A DNA stretch of 16,810 nucleotides from Bdellovibrionota bacterium FG-2. Its GTDB lineage: Bacteria; Bdellovibrionota; UBA1018. Each line of letters starts with the position of its first letter. Position 1 is the stretch's first letter. Location of the stretch: contig JBBCAV010000392.1 of NCBI GenBank assembly GCA_051382305.1, forward strand, positions 1 through 16,810, written 5' to 3'. The position numbers and the translations under genes were made by a program. The notes beneath the pieces are model-generated. The model did not search any database, was not told the origin of the DNA, and was given only the letters and a program-made list of their open reading frames with translations. Below are positions 16,728 to 16,810 of the stretch, piece after piece.

Positions 16728-16810
16728 CTAAATCCACTCGTGAAGCGTTGTTGAGCGCGCGATATCGTCCTTGTGACGAGCTAATCTGATGCCGTTGTGC
16801 TCAACCCAAG
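16728..16810 (-). CDS. Possible 3' end of a gene entering from the right edge (...WVEHNGIRLARHKDDIARSTTLHEWI*)
   Basis: This minus frame is open from the edge to a TAG at 16730-16728, where composition switches from mixed to AT-rich. It is too short to identify. Confidence 0.3.
   Translation of the reverse strand, partial: WVEHNGIRLARHKDDIARSTTLHEWI

Overview
Mostly housekeeping bacterial DNA. The 277-aa flagellin, RCC1-repeat protein, secreted M14 peptidase and Slt suggest a Bdellovibrionota or delta-proteobacterium-like host, but that is inference only. A minus-strand run reads slt, formate dehydrogenase alpha subunit, fbaB, persulfide-dioxygenase/rhodanese fusion, Nif3, C4 zinc-ribbon protein, RNase P RNA (rnpB, absent from the ORF track), M14 carboxypeptidase, then the start of one more gene. 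The right half holds an AlaA-like aminotransferase, a P-type ATPase with altered ion-site motifs, a small secreted hypothetical protein, a flagellin and a 5'-truncated RCC1-repeat gene. I see no CRISPR array, complete mobile element or clearly new multi-gene system. The best leads are non-coding. First, the flagellin leader has a sigma28-like promoter, several GGA (CsrA-type) motifs and a 3-codon upstream ORF (M-K-P-stop) with its own perfect SD, whose stop sits against the flagellin SD. Second, a perfect 15-bp hairpin lies exactly at the RCC1 truncation point. Third, an SD-sequestering RNA structure precedes the gene at the left edge.
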